Shown here one piece after another: positions 59,101 to 64,000 of a DNA stretch of 64,000 bases. The notes beneath the pieces were generated by a model. The model was not told the DNA's origin. It worked only from the letters and a program-made list of their open reading frames with translations, and made no database searches. The translations under genes and the position numbers were made by a program. The stretch is from assembly GCA_000431795.1 (NCBI GenBank), contig FR887371.1:14837-78836 (forward strand), read 5' to 3'. The first letter of the stretch is position 1. Each line of letters begins with the position of its first letter. The DNA is from Clostridium sp. CAG:302. Lineage in GTDB: Bacteria; Bacillota_I; Bacilli_A; RF39; UBA660.

Positions 59101-59926
59101 TATTAATTATATTCTTAACGTATTCTTGAGGTAAATTTTTTACTTCAAGAAATCTGATAGATTCTTCTTTTCTTACATCATTAATAATTTTATTAATCTT
59201 TTGTCCATTTCCCTCTAACATAGTACTAATGAGTGCTTCATTTTTAAATGTTCTATCATAAACATTTCTAATATACTTATTAGTAATACAACTAGAAGTA
59301 TTTTTTAACAAATTAGGCTTATATTTTTCAATAAAACTAACATTATCATAATTATAATAATCAAAACTAAGTGTATATACTAAGTCTGCATTTGAAGTAC
59401 GGTAAAGTTCTTTAATAAATCTTCTTTTTTCTGTAGCCAAAATATACTCTCTACACTGATTATCAATTTCATCATTTAATAGAACATTAATAATTTTATA
59501 GTTTTTTATGCACTTTACACATAGTTTCCTTAAACTATCATCAATCATATCATCTTTTAATATTCTTACAACCTCATAACTTGCATTAAGTAAGTCTTTT
59601 ACAATATATTCTTTTAAATCATAATCAATACTCTTCTTTAATAATGTTTGTAACTCTTCATCATTAAAACCATATTCCAAAATATATTTCTTTACATATT
59701 TAGGTATATCTTTATCAGACAAATAACTCTCAATATTAACATCTTCTTTTAAATTCCTAAAATATTTTCTTAATGAATCCCAATTATTCGTACGATTACT
59801 GTCATTATTTAATTTTCTATAAACCATACGATTTATTTTTAACTTATCCTTTTCTAAAATACCTTTATCAAGTAATAATGACATTAATTCTTCAATATTC
59901 CTATTTTTAATATCTTTTTTATTCAT
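56171..59926 (-). CDS. Giant cytoplasmic protein: ~750-aa helical N-region, unknown Cys/His-rich middle domain, C-terminal PPP/ApaH-like metallophosphoesterase
   Basis: 1251 aa with no signal peptide or TM stretch. The C-terminal motifs are IFTDTH, SLGDNTSLGPNPREVLDLM, MGNSEYY (GNHE with His replaced by Ser) and QGHVHFE. Confidence 0.6.
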   Translation of the reverse strand: MNKKDIKNRNIEELMSLLLDKGILEKDKLKINRMVYRKLNNDSNRTNNWDSLRKYFRNLKEDVNIESYLSDKDIPKYVKKYILEYGFNDEELQTLLKKSIDYDLKEYIVKDLLNASYEVVRILKDDMIDDSLRKLCVKCIKNYKIINVLLNDEIDNQCREYILATEKRRFIKELYRTSNADLVYTLSFDYYNYDNVSFIEKYKPNLLKNTSSCITNKYIRNVYDRTFKNEALISTMLEGNGQKINKIINDVRKEESIRFLEVKNLPQEYVKNIINNNIKYLKEYINKLSIDKVIEKLHNYSDLCFEYKELIVTYRLDDLINKLNNGSVNKYFEYISLYHYTDELIINTIDKKIFDDGVIDLLNNNHYNNDIINFILKYKSEYIKNILVNIDFDNLIYNKNKTDKYFDIINSLPKNIQNKIYKRNSIYIRGVLSKYDNNVLKEFLNSDDNNRNTFVMNMQNTILKIFNVSSEKINYCKTIIKYCKKGNILELLKSMEVFLDRVDVDIDSFFQYSSYDFGNGLISNIISIVNDDEINNFVRIKSYMFNNYFDNTLNNASVIINLNLVIKNYNLYKDLLLSMCNNNIILSDIDKSNLSLLFNGKINGTPLTLYDLNEIRKKEFNKYRVEILDKNTYINRIKDIFFNNIITYNSNYFDSIGNISLLKILQKDNIDNKEIFYLTEEIITSMDIINKLATTNDRDELVKIIISYIDGEDTPINRMINDIIDIKSKIRRLYELDSMYNLTTLESARKVPGIYNKEYMELYGGEVFDFSDKNYVLYAHVVSSRENIEDLVNGYSSGNSNFISFSPISYRGQKYYYDYCDCILAYDTIYDNSFICSSLSNMGSNHCMIEKNSAVVADKYRNQRGILETSSVKKQNAETLLYREGLKPCGIILANGKRPNSDEIMYHKRYNLPFIITQKKETAIDNPKRVFTSGNGKYVSDSMVKELDSIKKYIDSKLTIKKENDIYTGREMAIFTDTHAMYEPTIAILEDIRFRGISEIYSLGDNTSLGPNPREVLDLMDKYNVNQIMGNSEYYLTLGGSPFNYWSEERERSLDWTNDRVQGYINDLKLYKPSLDLLLGGKKIALCHFGNDIRWDFVKHNTWIYQDNIGNEKSADQFMFTNGDEYNKEVEYMINKYGIDNPKVQGYLSSRNTPMFDGKLITSYDDVFQGHVHFELEDRLNDTNIHTLRGAGMGEYEDNKKSLAYYIILKEKKKGGFDIEKVYVPFNKNSLLSSIYSSDMPTKTKILGYLK

Positions 59927-59957
59927 ATATATATTCCCTCAAACAGACATTATTATA

Positions 59958-59994
59958 TAAAAATAGACACTAAATGTCAAACTTAGTGTCTATT
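59958..59994 (-). terminator. Intrinsic terminator downstream of the deacetylase gene
   Basis: A perfect 12-bp stem aatagacactaa/ttagtgtctatt with a 9-nt loop, followed by a T-run on the minus strand. It overlaps the stop codon. Confidence 0.7.
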
Positions 59995-61255
59995 TTATCT
60001 GTCCCAAATATTCATTAATACCTTTTATTGTTGTATACGTAACAATAACAAATCTTCTTAATCTAAATTTATCACTGCCTACATGAACTAAATTATCACT
60101 TTTATCCCATTCACCAGCAAACGCCATGGTAAATCCAGCTTCTTTAAGCATCCTTATAGAATATTCATTATATTCATAGAATGGATAAGCTATATATGTT
60201 GATCCTCCTAATTTTTCTCTACTTGTTTTTAAATCAGTTTGTATTTCTTCTTCACTAAGGCATTTTATTCCTCCACCCTGTCCACCAGGACAAACACCAG
60301 TATTATGCATATTATTAGTATGTGAATGAAGTTCAATATAATCAGTTTTATAATAAGTGCTAGGATCATACCAAGCAGTAACCAAAAATATAGTAGCATA
60401 CATCTTATATTCTGTAAGCATATCTACTGCTATTTTATCTCTACCACCATCATCTATTGTCAAAAGAACACTCTTAGGTAATTGTAATTTACCATCAATA
60501 TACATCTCTAATTCTTTCATTTTCAAAGTAAGAATATTATTTTCTTTCAAATAATCAAGTTGTTCTTTAAATTGTTTTTTAGAGTGACATATAACAGTAG
60601 GACATGAATCACTAGGATCATTCTCATCATAAAAGGCATGATAATTAAATACTCCTACCCCACTTGCATTATGTTTATCTGTATTAGTATTATTAATTAC
60701 CTCTCCTTCATCACTCTTTATATATAGAAGTCTATTATTAAATTCCACACCATACCTATCAGTATCTTTAATTATTATAGGTAAAGAATATCCTTCATTA
60801 AAAGAATAAACTAAATTACCATTTTCATCATAAAATTCTGTTTTATCCCTAGTAACAACATTATTATTAAATACTATATATTCTTTATACCTATTATCTA
60901 TACTAGATAATTCATTTATTTTCTTTATATCTTTATAATATACATAATATTTATCATCAAAGTCACTTACATTAAAATATCCATCATTACTATTATCACT
61001 ATTAAGAGTTAGCTCTACATTACTACCTACAACTCCACCTTCTTTATATCCATCATTTTCTTTAGTATATAATTTAACTTCTCCAATAGTAGTAACATAC
61101 TTACTATAATAATCATTATAATTAATTTTTATTGGTTTATTGCCTTTATTATTTAACATAAAGTATACTCCAGTACCACCTATAAACAATAAAAGAAAAA
61201 TTATAACAATTAACAAAACTATCTTCTTACTATTCTTATTTTTTCTCATAAACAC
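59990..61255 (-). CDS. Membrane-anchored polysaccharide deacetylase (CE4)
   Basis: An N-terminal TM helix. CE4 motifs LLTIDDGG and HSHTNNMH. Confidence 0.8.
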   Translation of the reverse strand: MFMRKNKNSKKIVLLIVIIFLLLFIGGTGVYFMLNNKGNKPIKINYNDYYSKYVTTIGEVKLYTKENDGYKEGGVVGSNVELTLNSDNSNDGYFNVSDFDDKYYVYYKDIKKINELSSIDNRYKEYIVFNNNVVTRDKTEFYDENGNLVYSFNEGYSLPIIIKDTDRYGVEFNNRLLYIKSDEGEVINNTNTDKHNASGVGVFNYHAFYDENDPSDSCPTVICHSKKQFKEQLDYLKENNILTLKMKELEMYIDGKLQLPKSVLLTIDDGGRDKIAVDMLTEYKMYATIFLVTAWYDPSTYYKTDYIELHSHTNNMHNTGVCPGGQGGGIKCLSEEEIQTDLKTSREKLGGSTYIAYPFYEYNEYSIRMLKEAGFTMAFAGEWDKSDNLVHVGSDKFRLRRFVIVTYTTIKGINEYLGQIK

Positions 61256-61269
61256 TCCTTATAAATTTC

Positions 61270-62310
61270 TTATTCAGTAACTACAAATCCACTTGCTATA
61301 GGTCTAGTTTCTTCTCTATTAGACCAGTTAAACGGATGATTAATAATCTTATCATTTACTACCATAACACTAGAATTACCACCATCTAGATTAGCGGCAT
61401 TATATGCATGATATCTAAGTAATATTTTTACTAAATCATTCATATCAGCTCCTTTACTTTTAAGACTCCTACCATCTATAACTAGAAATAATACTATACC
61501 ATCTTTTCTCTGTGCAATAGCGGTTCTCGGATGAACACCATAACCACCATTACCATTTATAAATGAACTCTTACCATTTACTATTAAAAATGGTCCAAAT
61601 TCTACTGCATCTCTAATACCAAATTCTATTGCCCTACTAGTACTAATTTTACCAAGATACAATTTATTATCATTAGTAAAACCTATAATACCACCGCCAT
61701 AAGCACCTCCTGTACCATTAGAAAAGTTAAGTACTTTACCTCCAGATATAATAGCTCCAACTGGAGCACCACCATTTCCTTGTCCTCCGGCATCAGCAAA
61801 ACCTCCACCATTAATAGCAAGGACTGCCCCTTCTCTCTTAGCCATATTAACTAGATACTCTCCAGTAACACCAAGATTCTTACTATAAGCAACTTTTATT
61901 TTTGAAGGATCATACACTGCAGCTAAATATCCCGAATAACCATCTTCATCTATTTCAATTAATTTATATATATCATTCTTATTTCTGTCTAGTATTTCTC
62001 TATCATAATCATCAATATATTCATTCTCATCAGCAGTAATTAAACTAGTATCAGTATCAAAGTCAGGTTCTACTGTACTATGCTGTGATAATATTTCTTC
62101 TATTCTATCCATATTATAAAAGGTAGTGGCCAAATACTGATGATTCATTGTCCCCATCGCCGTAGTAACTAACCAGTCTCTAAAGCCATTATAAGGTCCA
62201 TATAAAAGAAATAAAACAGTAACCGCTATAACATCACAAAAAGATAAAATAATCATAAATATATTATCTCTCTTGTTAATATTCTTTTCCTTCTTATCCT
62301 TATTTTTCAT
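61270..62310 (-). CDS. Membrane-anchored phosphodiester glycosidase family protein (NAGPA/DUF2233)
   Basis: Motifs LAINGGGF and PRTAIAQRKDGIVLFLVIDGR, plus NLDGGNSS. Confidence 0.75.
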   Translation of the reverse strand: MKNKDKKEKNINKRDNIFMIILSFCDVIAVTVLFLLYGPYNGFRDWLVTTAMGTMNHQYLATTFYNMDRIEEILSQHSTVEPDFDTDTSLITADENEYIDDYDREILDRNKNDIYKLIEIDEDGYSGYLAAVYDPSKIKVAYSKNLGVTGEYLVNMAKREGAVLAINGGGFADAGGQGNGGAPVGAIISGGKVLNFSNGTGGAYGGGIIGFTNDNKLYLGKISTSRAIEFGIRDAVEFGPFLIVNGKSSFINGNGGYGVHPRTAIAQRKDGIVLFLVIDGRSLKSKGADMNDLVKILLRYHAYNAANLDGGNSSVMVVNDKIINHPFNWSNREETRPIASGFVVTE

Positions 62311-62338
62311 ATTATACTTCCTAACTATTATTATACTG

Positions 62339-63355
62339 CTATTTATTATCTTTAATATACCTGCAAACTCTTTCTATTTCATCATCTTCTATCATAGGAG
62401 TGCTCATTCTAATTAAATTCTTATCATTATCCAAATACATTCCATCTTTACCCAAGTTATCTCTGATAGCCTTACCTAAAAACATATTATATTCTCCTCT
62501 TGAAGTAAGATAAAAACTAATCTTTGATACATTATCTTTATTAAATAAATCATAAGTATCATCTTCAAGTACACTATCCGTAGATACTACTAAATATATC
62601 CCCATAGTACTACCTACTTCTAATAAATAATTAATATCATCTTTAACACTATTATCAAGTTTTAATATTTCATATATCTCATCAATAAATACTACCATCT
62701 TATCTCTAGTATTATTCTTTACTCTATATTCAAATTCTCTTCTAAGTAAATTAATCTTTACAATAATATCTTCTTCTTTATTAACAACTTCACATACATC
62801 ATTATATAAATTATAATTAATACCTTGTGAATCAAGTATAACTACTTTAACATTACTATAATTAATTAAAATATTCATAATAATATCATTAAATAAATTA
62901 GTTTTACCAGTACCACTAACACCAGTAACCAATAGACTCTTTTCCTTATCAAAATCAAAAGTAACTAATTTATCATATTCATCAAGGCCTAATACTACTT
63001 TAAAATCATTATCTACTTTATAATTCTCTAATACTTCTTTTAGACATAAAATATCTTTCTTCATATTATCAACTTTAATAAATATCTCATTATCTTTTAC
63101 TTTATTCATAACTAGTTCAGATACATTTATTCCTAAAGATAAAGCAATTTCTTTCTTTAATTCTAAAATATCATCATAAATCTTATCATCATTCCAAGTA
63201 ATATGATAAACAGTAATACTCCTATAAACTTCATAAGTAACTTTTGGATTAAAACCAAAAGCTTTCAAAGTATTATGTAAATTACTAACAAATAAATCGG
63301 CATTTAATATATTTCTAGTATTATCTGACTTAGGATTATTAAGTAACTTTAACAT
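62339..63355 (-). CDS. FtsK/SpoIIIE-family ATPase lacking TM and gamma domains
   Basis: An FtsK-alpha-like N-terminus (LKAFGFNPKVTYEVYRSITVYHI), Walker A GVSGTGKT and Walker B VVFIDE. Its start overlaps the gpmI stop (TAATG). Confidence 0.6.
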   Translation of the reverse strand: MLKLLNNPKSDNTRNILNADLFVSNLHNTLKAFGFNPKVTYEVYRSITVYHITWNDDKIYDDILELKKEIALSLGINVSELVMNKVKDNEIFIKVDNMKKDILCLKEVLENYKVDNDFKVVLGLDEYDKLVTFDFDKEKSLLVTGVSGTGKTNLFNDIIMNILINYSNVKVVILDSQGINYNLYNDVCEVVNKEEDIIVKINLLRREFEYRVKNNTRDKMVVFIDEIYEILKLDNSVKDDINYLLEVGSTMGIYLVVSTDSVLEDDTYDLFNKDNVSKISFYLTSRGEYNMFLGKAIRDNLGKDGMYLDNDKNLIRMSTPMIEDDEIERVCRYIKDNK

Positions 63356-64000
63356 TATTTAACCTTCTTTCTATTTTTAATAAGTATATTACCAGTCATC
63401 TCCTTAGGTATATCAAGTCCCATTAAAAATAATACACTAGGAGCTATATCACATAAACTACCGTCTAATAATTTTAATCTCTTATCTGTAATAATAAATG
63501 GTACTTTATTAGTGGTATGACTAGTATTAACACTACCATCTTTATTTCTCATAACTTCACAGTTACCATGATCTGCTGTAATAATCATCGTATATTCATC
63601 CAATGATATATTATCAAGTATCTTACCAATACAAGAATCTACTGTTTCCACTGCTTTTACCGCAGCATTATAATCACCAGTATGACCTACCATATCACCA
63701 TTAGCAAAATTAAGTATTATTAAATCTTCTTTATTTTCTGTAATTTCTTTTACTAAAGAAGCTGTAATCATATTTGCAGACATTTCAGGTTCTAAATCAT
63801 AAGTAGCCACTTTAGGACTAGGTACTAATATTCTTTTTTCACCTTCAAATATCACATCACTACCACCATTTATAAAGTAAGTAACATGCGCATACTTCTC
63901 AGTTTCTGCTATTCTAAGTTGTGTAAGACCTTTACTAGATATATATTCGCCAATAGTATTATTAAGTACAGGATGTTCAAAAGCCATAGGACAAAGTACT
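63355..64000 (-). CDS. gpmI: 2,3-bisphosphoglycerate-independent phosphoglycerate mutase, C-terminal part (the N-terminus lies beyond the right edge)
   Basis: RIAETEKYAHVTYFINGG, NFANGDMVGHTG and ITADHGN are GpmI motifs. The frame stays open to position 64000. Confidence 0.9.
   Translation of the reverse strand, partial: VLCPMAFEHPVLNNTIGEYISSKGLTQLRIAETEKYAHVTYFINGGSDVIFEGEKRILVPSPKVATYDLEPEMSANMITASLVKEITENKEDLIILNFANGDMVGHTGDYNAAVKAVETVDSCIGKILDNISLDEYTMIITADHGNCEVMRNKDGSVNTSHTTNKVPFIITDKRLKLLDGSLCDIAPSVLFLMGLDIPKEMTGNILIKNRKKVK

Overview
This 64-kb window comes from a very AT-rich, spore-forming Bacillota genome; sporulation genes yqfC, yqfD, spo0A and a CotZ/ExsY-like coat gene are present. 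Almost all genes from 12.4 kb to the right edge lie on the minus strand. The left 21 kb holds housekeeping and sporulation genes: lon, comEB, spo0A, tpiA, pgk, a NifU-like gene, an S1-domain gene, glyQS and pdp. It also holds a five-tRNA cluster (Val-Thr-Tyr-Gln-Lys). The stretch 21.9-54.8 kb is one long same-strand cell-wall glycopolymer locus. It starts from the wall-teichoic-acid-type linkage-unit genes tagO, mnaA and tagA and ends at an LCP ligase. It contains two Wzx-type flippases and two Wzy/EpsG-type polymerases, one fused to a GT4 domain. It also carries an undecaprenyl-phosphate-sugar/GT-C side-chain module, ugd plus a UDP-glucuronate 4-epimerase, and a duplicated GT4 + TupA-like ATP-grasp module. 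Other members are a sulfotransferase-fold gene, a nucleotidyltransferase/PLP-enzyme fusion and a DUF362 gene. To its right lie a decayed AAA/DUF4143 ATPase flanked by 36-bp direct repeats and a 1251-aa cytoplasmic protein ending in a PPP/ApaH-like metallophosphoesterase. Then come a CE4 deacetylase, a phosphodiester glycosidase, a TM-less mini-FtsK ATPase translationally coupled to gpmI, and the 3' part of gpmI. The most unusual non-coding signal is in the 635-bp gene-free gap at 16.4-17.0 kb. It holds a promoter-to-terminator ~275-nt GC-enriched structured transcript with a 12-bp 5'-3' fold-back helix and two Shine-Dalgarno-led 14-codon ORFs. An 18-bp anti-SD pairing and a convergent antisense promoter complete a type I toxin-antitoxin-like layout. 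A four-copy family of covarying hairpins with a conserved AGCCT...GTCT core sits exactly 20 nt upstream of two promoters. All functional calls come from motif recognition by eye; no database search was run.
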